In this document: positions 48,352 to 58,394 of the stretch, in pieces
Position numbering within the stretch: the first letter of the stretch is position 1
Layout of the letters: each line of letters opens with the position of its first letter
Assembly (NCBI GenBank): GCA_049322915.1
Contig: JBMOPW010000010.1
Span: forward strand, 64,001-128,000
DNA: 64,000 nucleotides
Origin: Candidatus Zhuqueibacterota bacterium
GTDB taxonomy: Bacteria; Zhuqueibacterota; Zhuqueibacteria; Thermofontimicrobiales; Thermofontimicrobiaceae
Direction of reading: 5' to 3'
Notes under the pieces: generated by a model
What the model was told of the DNA's origin: nothing
Database searches by the model: none
Seen by the model: the letters and a program-made list of their open reading frames with translations, nothing else
Position numbers and translations under genes: made by a program

Positions 48352-49102
48352 TTTCTTCTTGTCTTGGTTTAGGTTGTGAAAATTTCGATACCCAGATGCT
48401 GATCTCGTAGAGTATCAACAGGGGACCGGCCAGCAATAGCTGAGTCACAGCGTCGGGCGGAGTAAGGATGGCCGCAACGATGAAAATGATGACAATGCCG
48501 TATCGTCGCTTGGTGCGCATGAATTCCGGCGTCAGGAGCCCCATCTTGCTCAGGAAAAATGACAGCAACGGCAACTCGAAAACCATGCCGAAAACCATGA
48601 TCAACAGCGTGACGAATTTCAGATATTCCTTGATCTGAATGGTCGGCTCCAGCTGATCAGAACCAAAGGCCAGCAGATAGTTCAGGCCATATCTGATGAT
48701 GACGAAATAACAGAAAGCTGCGCCCATGAGAAAGAAAAAGGATGAATAGAAAACAATAAGTGGTATGTACTTTCGCTCTTTCTTGTACAGTCCCGGGGCA
48801 ACAAATTTCCACAGGTGATAAAAAATGACAGGCAGGCTGACGATTATCCCGGCAAAGAAAGCGACCTTGATGTGGACAATGAAGCCCTCTGTCGGCGCCA
48901 GAAATATCAGCTTTTCATTTTTGGGATAAGGGCGCAGGAGAAATGCCATGATGTATTTGGAAAAGTAAAATGCCACCATACTCGTGACAGAAACAGTAAC
49001 AATGATCCAGATGAGCCTCTGCCGCAATTCTTCCAGATGTTCCAGAAAAGGCATTACTTTTTCCTGAGGCTCAGCACCATTTTTATTGTCTTCTTGGGTC
49101 AT
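48341..49102 (-). CDS. tatC: twin-arginine translocase subunit TatC
   Basis: MPFLEHLEELR.RL, W.FVAPGLY..E, GMVFELP, AAILTPPD, LYEISI. Confidence 0.96.
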   Translation of the reverse strand: MTQEDNKNGAEPQEKVMPFLEHLEELRQRLIWIIVTVSVTSMVAFYFSKYIMAFLLRPYPKNEKLIFLAPTEGFIVHIKVAFFAGIIVSLPVIFYHLWKFVAPGLYKKERKYIPLIVFYSSFFFLMGAAFCYFVIIRYGLNYLLAFGSDQLEPTIQIKEYLKFVTLLIMVFGMVFELPLLSFFLSKMGLLTPEFMRTKRRYGIVIIFIVAAILTPPDAVTQLLLAGPLLILYEISIWVSKFSQPKPRQEENAS

Positions 49103-49240
49103 AGTCTTTCATTTGGTTAATAGATTCGTGAATTCAGGAGGACCAAATCAGGCGGGGTGTCCTGCATACCCACCTGAGACCTCAACGTTGCTAAAAGAAA
49201 AATCGCTTTGGAATCTGTCTGTTCAGCGACATCCTCATCA

Positions 49241-49882
49241 TTAAATTTTCAGTCCGGTGAAGCCCAGAAAAGTGATGCCCATCAGCCCGGCAAGAATCAA
49301 TGCAATGGGCGCACCGCGCAGTAATTTCGGGACCGGCGCCAGTTCCAATCGTTCCAGAATGCCAGCCATGAGAATCACCACAATGGTGAAGCCTGCGCCG
49401 GCGGCAACACTGTGGATGAGGCTTCTCAGCAAATTTCCAGTATCATAAAATTCAGGGCTGAGATTCAACAGCGCCACTGCCAGGATGATGCTGTTCGCGG
49501 CAATGGAGGGCAGATATCGCCCCGGCGAATTGTTCAGCGCCGGACTGATTTTACCAATGATCCCATCCATAAGTTTCACAATGCCGAGAATGACCAGGAT
49601 GGATACGATCGTTCGTAAAGCGGCGACACCCGGCGGATTCGCTCCCTCCGCAATGATACGCCACAGGTGCGATGACCCTGGCTTCAGCAGGTAATGATCG
49701 GCAAGCCAAGTGATCGCCGACGTCGCGACCAGCACGAAGCTGACAGCCATTCCCGTGCTAAGCGCGGAGTCCGCTTTCTTCGAAGCATCCCGAAATGAAT
49801 GGATGCCCAGCAATCGCTTCAGCACAAAATTGTTGATGGCCACAGAGCCGATGATGAGAATGAATAGCTCGCGTATTTCCAA
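49241..49882 (-). CDS. rnfA: RnfA-like membrane subunit, both [2Fe-2S]-ligating Cys lost
   Basis: TTG start after GGAG; NNFVLKRLLGIHSF (canonical NN.VL..FLG.CPF), YLPSIAANSIIL (canonical LPLITTNCA.LG), G.PIALI.AGLM...F.GF. Confidence 0.8.
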   Translation of the reverse strand: MEIRELFILIIGSVAINNFVLKRLLGIHSFRDASKKADSALSTGMAVSFVLVATSAITWLADHYLLKPGSSHLWRIIAEGANPPGVAALRTIVSILVILGIVKLMDGIIGKISPALNNSPGRYLPSIAANSIILAVALLNLSPEFYDTGNLLRSLIHSVAAGAGFTIVVILMAGILERLELAPVPKLLRGAPIALILAGLMGITFLGFTGLKI

Positions 49883-49907
49883 TCGCTGCTCCCTGAAATG
49901 AACCGCG

Positions 49908-50021
49908 CTAATCGATTGTGCCGTTTCCCTCTCGGCCGGGCAATCCCATGAACAAATCCGGGGAAATGAATGCGTCTGCCGCAAGGATGAAAATCAACCC
50001 CGGCGCGAATCGCCCGTCCAT
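49908..50021 (-). pseudogene. rnfE: decayed C-terminal relic of rnfE
   Basis: Minus-strand translation MDGRFAPGLIFILAADAFISPDLFMGL... resembles the RnfE C-terminal P.LIFILPPGAF..LG helix and lies at the canonical rnfE position just before rnfA. Confidence 0.6.
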
Positions 50022-50099
50022 CACAAGATTTACTCAGTTGTAAGAGATTTATTTAAACTTCCGGAATCGCTCCCGACTGAAAAAATCAACGCTTCTCCG

Positions 50100-51149
50100 T
50101 CATCGGCGCCAGATATTTTTACCCATTTGTCCGAACGACTTTGGCTGCGTCATTCGATCCAACAACGGAACGGTCAGGTTCATCAGCAGGATGGCGTACG
50201 AGACGCCCTCAGGGTATCCGCCGATTTGCCGGATGAGCACGGTGATGACGCCGCAGCCAACGCCGAAAATGATTCTGCCGGAATAAGTGACCGGCGACGT
50301 GACCATATCCGTGGCCATATAAAATGCGCCCAAAATCAATCCCCCGGACAGCACATGAAAAATGGGATCGCCGGTGAACAGGCCTTCGGCGCCGCCGAAA
50401 ATCAACGACAGAATCGCCACGGTGCTCAAATAGCTCACCGGGATTTTCAGCCCAATGTAGCGCTTGTACATCAGATACACTGCGCCTCCCAGCAACAGCA
50501 GCGCCGATGTCTCGCCGATGCAGCCCCCGACATTCCCGAGAAACAGGTTGCGGTACGATTCCGAAAGTTGACTGACGGCTTCAGTCGCTTTTTGCACTTT
50601 GTCCTGCACAGACGGATCGGTCTGATGCAGGATAATTTCCTTCGATGCCTTGTAGACGCTCAGCGGCGTCGCGTGAGTGATCGCGTCAATGCCGGAGAGC
50701 GTGCCGAATTGCGGCGCTGTGGTGAACGTGGTCATTCGGGTCGGCCAGGCCGCCATGAGAAAGGCGCGGCCCAGCAGCGCCGGATTCAACGGATTGTAGC
50801 CCAGTCCGCCGAACGGGACTTTGCCGATGCCAATGGCAAAGGCGGAACCTATCGCAGCCAGCCACCACGGCGAGCCAGCCGGCAGGCTGAATGCCAGCAG
50901 AATTCCTGTCACAATGGTGCTCCCGTTTTTGACCGGGATCGGCTGTTTCATCAATGCATAAAGAACGGCTTCGGTGACCACGGCCGCGGCCATGGCCGAT
51001 AAAATGAGCCAACCCGCCTGAGTTCCAAAATAATAGATTGCGCCGACCATCGCCGGTACCAATGAGAACGCAACGCTGAACATGATTCGCGGAATCGAAT
51101 CTTTATCTGTAATGTGCGGGGAGGACGAGACGAAAAAAGATTTTTCCAT
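50100..51149 (-). CDS. rnfD: Rnf complex subunit D (apparently intact)
   Basis: SSPH, FGGLGYNPLNPAL.GRAFL, FMN-Thr motif DAITHATPL, GCIGETS, FYMATDMVTSP, GGYPEGVSYAILLMN. Confidence 0.93.
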   Translation of the reverse strand: MEKSFFVSSSPHITDKDSIPRIMFSVAFSLVPAMVGAIYYFGTQAGWLILSAMAAAVVTEAVLYALMKQPIPVKNGSTIVTGILLAFSLPAGSPWWLAAIGSAFAIGIGKVPFGGLGYNPLNPALLGRAFLMAAWPTRMTTFTTAPQFGTLSGIDAITHATPLSVYKASKEIILHQTDPSVQDKVQKATEAVSQLSESYRNLFLGNVGGCIGETSALLLLGGAVYLMYKRYIGLKIPVSYLSTVAILSLIFGGAEGLFTGDPIFHVLSGGLILGAFYMATDMVTSPVTYSGRIIFGVGCGVITVLIRQIGGYPEGVSYAILLMNLTVPLLDRMTQPKSFGQMGKNIWRR

Positions 51150-51176
51150 GGATCGAATTCATTGACTCCAGATAGT

Positions 51177-52520
51177 TCAGGCCGCTTTCGGATTTGAATT
51201 CAGAATGTTGGCAGCGGTGCGTTTGCCAGCCTGGAATAACAGAACATGAGGAATATTGGCCGGGCACACGAATGAACACGCGCCGCATTCAATGCAGTCC
51301 ATCAGGCCCATTCGATGCGCTTCCTCCAGCCGATCGAATTTAACGAGCTGAGCCAGGGCATTGGGCATCAGATTCATGGGACAGGTATCCACACAGCGCG
51401 CGCAGCGGATGCACGGTCCCTCGGTTCGGATTTTAACCTCTTTCTTTGTCAGCACGACAATGCCGGACGTGGCATTGATGACCGGAACGTCCAGCGTGGA
51501 TTGGGCAATGCCCATCATAGGCCCGCCGTGGATGACAGCAGCGGCGTCTTTTGTGAGCCCGCCGCAAAAGTCGATCAGATTCTGGATGGGTGTGCCGAGA
51601 CGCACCAGCACATTTTTGGGTTCGCTCACCCCTTTGCCTGTCACCGTGATGACCCGCTCGTACAGCGGCTTTGAAGATGAAACTGCGTCGTAGACAGCCT
51701 TCACGGTCGCCACATTAAAAACGAGACACCCTACATCCATGGGGCTGCCGCCGGACGGCACATAGCGATTGGTGATCGCTTTGATGAGCTGCTTTTCCGC
51801 GCTTTGAGGATATTTCACATTCAGACGGACGATGCTCACCTGGTCCCCGGATTCACGAATCATTCGCTGCATGAGCGCAATGGCGTCCGATTTGTTTTTC
51901 TCGAGAGCGATGTACCCGGTTTTACAGCCGGATAATTTCATCAGGATGCGGACGCCCTCCAGAATTTCGTTGGGTCGTTCCAGCAATAATCGATGGCCTG
52001 CTGTGAGAAATGGTTCGCTCTCGATTCCGTTCAAAATGAAGGTGAGCGCATTTTTATTGGGCGATTGCGACCTTCTCTCTGCTGCAGAAGAAACAGCGTC
52101 GCTCACAGCGGCAAGACCTGATTGTTGGATTTTCCCGCGCATCACGGCGATGTCCTGAGCCATGTAATTGTGAACTGGCGCAATGGAAGGAGCCAGGGTA
52201 TCGGCGCCATCATTGGTGATGACGATGGCTCTTGCATGTCCTCCCTGCGGATGCGGTCGGTTTTCGATGGCGCTGACAGTCCCTGAAACCGATGCGTGAG
52301 TGAACGAGGAAACATTTCCCGGTGTCTGCCAGACAACATCGCCGATTTGCACATGATCGCCGACCCGGACTGTGGGTTCGGCTGGCGCGTTGTTATGCTG
52401 AAGGACAGGTAGAATCACCTGTTCCGGACGGGGCAATACTTCAATTGGTTTTTTAAAAACAAATTTTTTATATTCGGGGGGATGGACACCGCCTTTGAAT
52501 GTCAGTTTTCTAAAAAACAT
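51177..52520 (-). CDS. rnfC: Rnf complex subunit C-like protein with a degenerate FMN/NADH site and intact 2x[4Fe-4S] motifs
   Basis: FKGGVHP, HASVSG, GGPMMG, CIRCARCVDTCP, CIECGACSFVCP retained; the G.VGMGGA.FPT motif is replaced by GLAAVSDAVSSA. Confidence 0.88.
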   Translation of the reverse strand: MFFRKLTFKGGVHPPEYKKFVFKKPIEVLPRPEQVILPVLQHNNAPAEPTVRVGDHVQIGDVVWQTPGNVSSFTHASVSGTVSAIENRPHPQGGHARAIVITNDGADTLAPSIAPVHNYMAQDIAVMRGKIQQSGLAAVSDAVSSAAERRSQSPNKNALTFILNGIESEPFLTAGHRLLLERPNEILEGVRILMKLSGCKTGYIALEKNKSDAIALMQRMIRESGDQVSIVRLNVKYPQSAEKQLIKAITNRYVPSGGSPMDVGCLVFNVATVKAVYDAVSSSKPLYERVITVTGKGVSEPKNVLVRLGTPIQNLIDFCGGLTKDAAAVIHGGPMMGIAQSTLDVPVINATSGIVVLTKKEVKIRTEGPCIRCARCVDTCPMNLMPNALAQLVKFDRLEEAHRMGLMDCIECGACSFVCPANIPHVLLFQAGKRTAANILNSNPKAA

Positions 52521-52572
52521 CGTTCTTCGTCACACTTAATTTTCATGTCGAACACCCACACCCGTTGGAGAA

Positions 52573-53019
52573 TCAGTTCAGTTCTTCAAGTTCGGCCAGA
52601 AATTGCTCTTTGTCCTGGAAATTGCGGTACACAGAAGCAAAGCGAACGTACGCAACGTGATCCAGTTTTTTGAGGTGGCTCATCACGAGCATGCCAATTT
52701 CTTTGGAGGTAATTTCCTCGACGGCATTGTCTTTGATTGTATTCTCGATTTGAGCGATCATTTCATCGATCTGCTCAACGGAAATGGGACGCTTGCTGCA
52801 GGCTAATTGAATTCCCTGTTTCAATTTATCACGGTTGAACGACTCACGCCGGAGATCGGATTTTACAACCAGAATCGGTGATTCCTCGACGAGCTCTTTG
52901 GTTGTAAATCGTCTTTCGCATGAAAGGCATTCCCGTCGCCGGCGAATGACGCGGCCTTCGCTCTTCGACCGTGAATCAATGACTTTGCTATTGGCAAAAC
53001 CACAGTACGGACAACGCAT
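52573..53019 (-). CDS. nrdR: transcriptional repressor NrdR
   Basis: MRCPYC...VIDSR...IRRRREC..C..RFTT, ATP cone, VAYVRFASVY. Confidence 0.97.
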   Translation of the reverse strand: MRCPYCGFANSKVIDSRSKSEGRVIRRRRECLSCERRFTTKELVEESPILVVKSDLRRESFNRDKLKQGIQLACSKRPISVEQIDEMIAQIENTIKDNAVEEITSKEIGMLVMSHLKKLDHVAYVRFASVYRNFQDKEQFLAELEELN

Positions 53020-53041
53020 AACTACCCTCTTTCGTTAATTG

Positions 53042-54328
53042 TTAAAATTGATAGAGAGGGAATTGCTGGCATAATTCGTAGACTCCGGCACGTACCTTGT
53101 CATAAACAGTTTCATTCCCTACGTTTGTAAGTACAAGATCTATCATTTTGAAAATCTCTTTCATTTCATTTTCCTTCATCCCGCGGGTGGTCAGCGCAGG
53201 CGTTCCCACCCGGATGCCGCTGGTGATGAAAGGACTTTGATCGTCGAAGGGCACCATATTTTTATTGACTGTGATGCCGGCTTCCTCCAGCGCGCCTTCG
53301 GCCTTTTTCCCGGTGAGACCCTTGTTGCGCAAATCAATAAGCATCAAATGGGTGTCGGTTCCATTGGAAATAATTTTGTAGTCGTGGCTGATGAATTCAT
53401 CCGCCAGGGCTTTGGCATTTGCAATCACTTGTCGGGAATAGTCTTTGAACGCCGGCTCCAGAGCTTCCTTGAACGCAACAGCCTTGGCCGCGATGACGTG
53501 CATCAGCGGACCGCCCTGAAATCCCGGAAAGACATTGGAATCAACGATCTGGCCGATGGTTTTTGGCTTGCCTTTGGGCGTCAGTTGACCCATATCGTTT
53601 TCTTCATCCGTGCCGACCAGTATCATGCCGCCGCGCGGCCCGCGCAGGGTTTTGTGCGTGGTTGTCGTCACCAGATGGCAATGTTGTATTGGGCTTTTAA
53701 TGAGTCCGGCAGCGATGAGACCGGCCGGATGAGCGATGTCGGCGATCAATTTCGCTCCGACCCGGTCGGCGATTTCGCGGAACGCTTTGTAGTCGATTTC
53801 GCGGGAGTAGGCGCTGGCGCCGGTCATGATTAATCGGGGCCTTTCTTTGAGCGCAAGCTGTTCCACCTGGTTCATGTCGATATAGCCGGTGTCCTCACGC
53901 ACGCCGTATGAGACGATTCGGAAAAGACGGCCGGAGAAGTTCACCGGACTGCCGTGGGTCAAATGTCCGCCGTGGTCCAGGTTCATGCCCATCACCGTAT
54001 CGCCGGGATTGGCAAAGGTGAAATAAGCGGCGATGTTCGCCTGAGAGCCGGAGTGAGGCTGGACATTGACATGCTCGGCCTGGAACAACAGTTTGGCGCG
54101 TTCACGGGCGAGATCTTCGGCCGCATCGACAAAAACGCAGCCGCCATAATAACGTTTGCCGGGATAGCCTTCGGCGTATTTATTGGTCATCACCTGGCCC
54201 ATGGCCTCCAATACGGCGGGACTGACAAAATTCTCTGAGGCAATCATCTCTAATTTGTCATTCTGCCGGGAAATTTCATCCTGAATGGACTTGTAAACTT
54301 CAGGATCGGTCTGTTGTAAATGGTTCAT
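53042..54328 (-). CDS. glyA: serine hydroxymethyltransferase
   Basis: [57 protein letters not shown]. Confidence 0.98.
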   Translation of the reverse strand: MNHLQQTDPEVYKSIQDEISRQNDKLEMIASENFVSPAVLEAMGQVMTNKYAEGYPGKRYYGGCVFVDAAEDLARERAKLLFQAEHVNVQPHSGSQANIAAYFTFANPGDTVMGMNLDHGGHLTHGSPVNFSGRLFRIVSYGVREDTGYIDMNQVEQLALKERPRLIMTGASAYSREIDYKAFREIADRVGAKLIADIAHPAGLIAAGLIKSPIQHCHLVTTTTHKTLRGPRGGMILVGTDEENDMGQLTPKGKPKTIGQIVDSNVFPGFQGGPLMHVIAAKAVAFKEALEPAFKDYSRQVIANAKALADEFISHDYKIISNGTDTHLMLIDLRNKGLTGKKAEGALEEAGITVNKNMVPFDDQSPFITSGIRVGTPALTTRGMKENEMKEIFKMIDLVLTNVGNETVYDKVRAGVYELCQQFPLYQF

Positions 54329-54417
54329 GGTAAAAATCCTTATATGGTCGTAGTCGGTTTATTGTCGGGAATTCTATCCTACAGATCACACGGCATCAGA
54401 CAGGGTGTTCAGCACCG

Positions 54418-54858
54418 TCATCGGCCTGTCAACTGATGAATTTTCGTGATCCGTTTCAAATGCCGGTCGCCATCGAACGGCGTGCTCAGCCAAACATCGA
54501 CGATTTTCAGAGCCAGGTCGTGATCGATAATTCGTCCGCCCATCACCAGAACGTTGGCATTGTTATGCCGCCGGCTCATCTCGGCCATCTCGATGGACAA
54601 GCAAAGCGCCGCGCGAATTCCCTGCACCTTGTTGGCGACGATGGACATGCCAATCCCGGTCCCGCAGATGAGAATGCCGCGATCGGCTTTATCTTTGGCC
54701 ACGGCGTTGGCGGCAAGGACGCCGTAATCAGGGTAATCCACGGAATCCGATTTGTAGGTGCCGTAATCTTCAACCGGAATTCCTGCCTGTTCCAGGTGGG
54801 ATTTGACCTTGTTCTTCAATTCAAATCCGGCATGATCAGAGGCTAATGCGATAGTCAT
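54418..54858 (-). CDS. rpiB: ribose-5-phosphate isomerase B
   Basis: ASDHAG, SVDYPD, ICGTGIGMSIVANKV.GIRAA, HNNANVL, RH..RI. Confidence 0.97.
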   Translation of the reverse strand: MTIALASDHAGFELKNKVKSHLEQAGIPVEDYGTYKSDSVDYPDYGVLAANAVAKDKADRGILICGTGIGMSIVANKVQGIRAALCLSIEMAEMSRRHNNANVLVMGGRIIDHDLALKIVDVWLSTPFDGDRHLKRITKIHQLTGR

Positions 54859-55166
54859 GGAACGCGCTCGTTGATTTGGTTACTCTGCTCTTATCTGAAT
54901 ACATTCGCTAAGGGATTAAAACTTCACTTTTTCTATCCAATGGATTTCACTCCAAAACGTGAAGTGCCGTGCCGTTTTTCACGGCGAAAAATGAAATCCA
55001 TAAGGAGAGTTCGCTCTAATTTTAATATGATCAACATGAAAAACTAACGCTTCATGAGTATTCCAGGGCTGACGCAGCGACCCGGCTGCTCATCGCCTGA
55101 CGCATGTCCCGTTCGGTCGCGGTTGAATGAACCGTCCGATTGGCGGGGAATGCAGCGCAGCGATTG

Positions 55167-56456
55167 TCACAACGATTGAAAAATCCAATCGTAGCAGGCA
55201 TCCAGGGGTTTTGTTTTGCCCTTGTTGAAAAATAAGTCTTCTTTGGTCGGTATAAAATCCTGTATGTTGTTCAGCCGCTCATTGGCCATGTCTTTGAACT
55301 GACTGTCCAATGCGGCTTTTTGATATTCTTTGTACGCCATCTCAAAAACAAGCTTGTCATCGAACTCGGGAATTTTCTTGCCCATACGCCTGATGCACTC
55401 TTCCGCTGCTGCCTCGAAAATTTCGCCCCGGACAATGTGCGCCAATCCATAGGTCGAATCAATGACCAATGCTTTATCGGTGAAATTTTTCGCAGTCGGA
55501 AATTTGCCCAATTCTTTGTAGCACGCAGCCACGTCGGTCATGATTTTTTTATTGTCCGGCTGAAGTGTCAATATCGTCTGGTAGGTCACCAGGGCGCTGT
55601 TGATTTCCCGATTGTTCTGTTGCGAGGCGCCCAGATACTCCAGCCCAACGAGATGTCTGGGTTTCACTTTCAACAGCATCTGGAAATTGATAATAGCCTG
55701 GCTGTAATTCGCCTGTTCGAAATAGGCCTTGCCCAATCGGAAGAGATTTTCAGCGTTATCCGGATCGAGCTTTTTGACAGCTTCCATCTGATTGATGGCT
55801 GCCTGCTCGTTGCCTCGGGTACGATAAAGTGAACTCAATACAAGATGCGGTTCCTGATCGGCGCGATCCAACCTGGTGACTGTTTCGTAAGCGCGAATTG
55901 CATCGTCGATGCGGCTGATTTTCACGTACAGTTGGCCCAGAACTTTCCAGTCATCCTTTCGGGTCGAATCGATTTTCACGGTGGTTTCGTATTCCTGAAT
56001 GGCGGCTTCCACCTTCCCGCGCCGGGTGAGATAGAAGGCGAATGTCCGATGCATGTGGGCATTGTCCGGATATTCCCGAATGCCCAATTCCATGACCAAC
56101 TCCGCAGAGTCCGGTCTGTTCAATTGGGCGTAGGCATCGGAAAGCAGGGTATAGACGTTCTTGAATCGCTGAATTGTGTCCAACTCAACGACCTTCCAAA
56201 ATGGATGGAGGGCGTCGCGATAGTTTTTATTTCGATAATGGTCCCAGGCAGAGCTCCATTGTTTGCTCAATTGTAAAAGATACGCCTCGTGCAGTGAATC
56301 CGCAACGGCTTTATCGTGTTTTGAATCGTTCGTGGAATCGGTTTGCCGGGTTGTCGATGCGCATCCAACGGTGAGAATCAAACTCACCACAACGGTCACG
56401 ATCAATGGCCAGAAAATGCGTGTGGTGATTGGATGCGATATTGCCGTGTATCTCAT
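55167..56456 (-). CDS. tetratricopeptide-repeat lipoprotein
   Basis: Lipobox LTVGC; several TPR-like units (LGQLY...AIRAYE; LGKAYF...AIINFQ). Confidence 0.8.
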   Translation of the reverse strand: MRYTAISHPITTRIFWPLIVTVVVSLILTVGCASTTRQTDSTNDSKHDKAVADSLHEAYLLQLSKQWSSAWDHYRNKNYRDALHPFWKVVELDTIQRFKNVYTLLSDAYAQLNRPDSAELVMELGIREYPDNAHMHRTFAFYLTRRGKVEAAIQEYETTVKIDSTRKDDWKVLGQLYVKISRIDDAIRAYETVTRLDRADQEPHLVLSSLYRTRGNEQAAINQMEAVKKLDPDNAENLFRLGKAYFEQANYSQAIINFQMLLKVKPRHLVGLEYLGASQQNNREINSALVTYQTILTLQPDNKKIMTDVAACYKELGKFPTAKNFTDKALVIDSTYGLAHIVRGEIFEAAAEECIRRMGKKIPEFDDKLVFEMAYKEYQKAALDSQFKDMANERLNNIQDFIPTKEDLFFNKGKTKPLDACYDWIFQSL

Positions 56457-56967
56457 GTTCTCCTCTCCTGAGCTGAGTTTTATAGAGCTCGCAAAATAGA
56501 CGGATGGGCGCAGTTGTGGCGCATGCCGGGAACGCGGTCAATCCTGAATATTCACTGTCCCCGCGCTGGTCATTTTGCCTGGGCGTCGATACAGCAGACT
56601 GATTCCGAATTGAAGGCATGGTTCTATTTGGCGGAAAGCCTTTATAAAGTTTTTCAGCTTACAACCCTGCACAAAGGTAATACTATTTAAGAGATTGAAT
56701 TTAAAAACTTTTTTTAAAAAAGCAAGAAAAAATTTATAGGATTTTCCCGGCTATTTTCATCGATTTCAATCGTAAAAATGGCTGGTTCATGACCGCGGGA
56801 ATCTGCCAGCATCACGTACAGCCTGATGTTTTGATGGTCACAGCGCGCGGCGCCAGACTTGTTTTGGTCGATATAAAAAAGGAGTGAAAGGGACATGTAA
56901 GGCATGGCATTCCACATTCACTCCGATCAAATTTCATGGGTTGTTGAAAGCGACCGTATTCAACTGA

Positions 56968-58200
56968 TTATCTGGGTCGTTCGAACCATTTTTCACCGCC
57001 AATGACTGAAATATAGACCTGAAAAAATTCTTCATTGATTGGATTCAGGGAAAGGTCACCGCGCTGACCGTAACGGAGCGCCACATCGATGCGGCCGATT
57101 TTATAGTAATAAGGGAATCCAAAACCGACCGATGCGCCGTATTCTGTCACAGCATTATTGGACGCATCGAGAAAATCCAGAGACTGGTAGAAGTAGCCGA
57201 CACGGTAGGTCACTTTTTGAAAATAGGTCGCCAGAATATTCTCATTGGGCAGCCGCTCGATGCCACCGCCAATGCGGAAGCTGTTTTGATATTCCTGGGA
57301 TGACGTTTCTGAAACGTGGAAATTTGACCACGGCTGATACAGATAATCCAGACTCACGCGGTATTTTTGATGAAATACATAAGTCGCGCCGAAACCCCAG
57401 TATTCAGGAATATCCGCATTGCTCTCCGCATCGCTGGAAGCATCGACTGTGCTGATCAGCGAACCTTTAATCGTGTAGTTTGTAATTTCGTCCTGCATGG
57501 TCAGTTTGTAACCAGGCGAGAAAACTCCGCCCACATAAAAATTCGGCGTCGGATGGGCGATGAATCCCAATGTCCAATTCAGTCCCCACATTTTTCTGGT
57601 CAGGATATCGTTACTGTCCCAGAGCAGATCGGATGTGTAATCGACGCGCCAGGTCTGCTCCAGCTTGCCAAAGTTGTAATTGACCGTCGCGCCGATATTG
57701 ATTTTGTTGAAAGGCGCGTATCCGAAACCGAACGATATCTTGTTCAATCCACCGCTCGCTTTGACAAATTTCGTGTAGTCGTAGTCCTCAACTGCATCTG
57801 ATGAGCTGTACTCATAATCGAATTGAGACGTGGGGATCATGGACAATGCCGTGGCGAGTTTATCCTGAATCAGCGGGACAGCCAGAGAAATGCCATTGAG
57901 ATTGGTATACTTGGAAAATCCCTCCGCGGAGTTCGTGCTGCTCCAGGTAGCCTCATGAACAAAGTCGCCGGAGAGTCGGGTGAACCGATTGTAAACCAAT
58001 CCGGCCGGATTAAGATTGTTGATGAGATAATTATCCGGCAGGCTGATCATGGCGCCGCCCATTCCCAATGCGTGGGCGCTGGTGATGTATCGCTTTCCGC
58101 CCAATCCTCTGGAATTATAGTAAGACCCGGCCAGAGCCGAATCAGTCAATATACCTGTGATGAATAACAACAGGGTGAAGGTTACGATTTTCTTTAACAT
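56968..58200 (-). CDS. outer-membrane beta-barrel protein (FadL/OmpP1-like)
   Basis: Signal peptide; YNSRGLG...GMGG...NNLNPAGL; alternating beta-strand pattern; C-terminal GEKWF. Confidence 0.75.
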   Translation of the reverse strand: MLKKIVTFTLLLFITGILTDSALAGSYYNSRGLGGKRYITSAHALGMGGAMISLPDNYLINNLNPAGLVYNRFTRLSGDFVHEATWSSTNSAEGFSKYTNLNGISLAVPLIQDKLATALSMIPTSQFDYEYSSSDAVEDYDYTKFVKASGGLNKISFGFGYAPFNKINIGATVNYNFGKLEQTWRVDYTSDLLWDSNDILTRKMWGLNWTLGFIAHPTPNFYVGGVFSPGYKLTMQDEITNYTIKGSLISTVDASSDAESNADIPEYWGFGATYVFHQKYRVSLDYLYQPWSNFHVSETSSQEYQNSFRIGGGIERLPNENILATYFQKVTYRVGYFYQSLDFLDASNNAVTEYGASVGFGFPYYYKIGRIDVALRYGQRGDLSLNPINEEFFQVYISVIGGEKWFERPR

Positions 58201-58394
58201 CCTGAGACTCCATAGTTACACATAGGTTCGTGGTCATTCTATGTTATTACCCAGCAACTTTTGTAAATTTGTGGAAAATAATTTCTAGGAATCGGTCATC
58301 ACGTATTATTATTTGCGGCTTTACCGCGCTGGGTTTATAAAAACTATCGAATGTGGCGTGCGCCATTTCAAGTGAATGGGCGCACACGCCGCTG

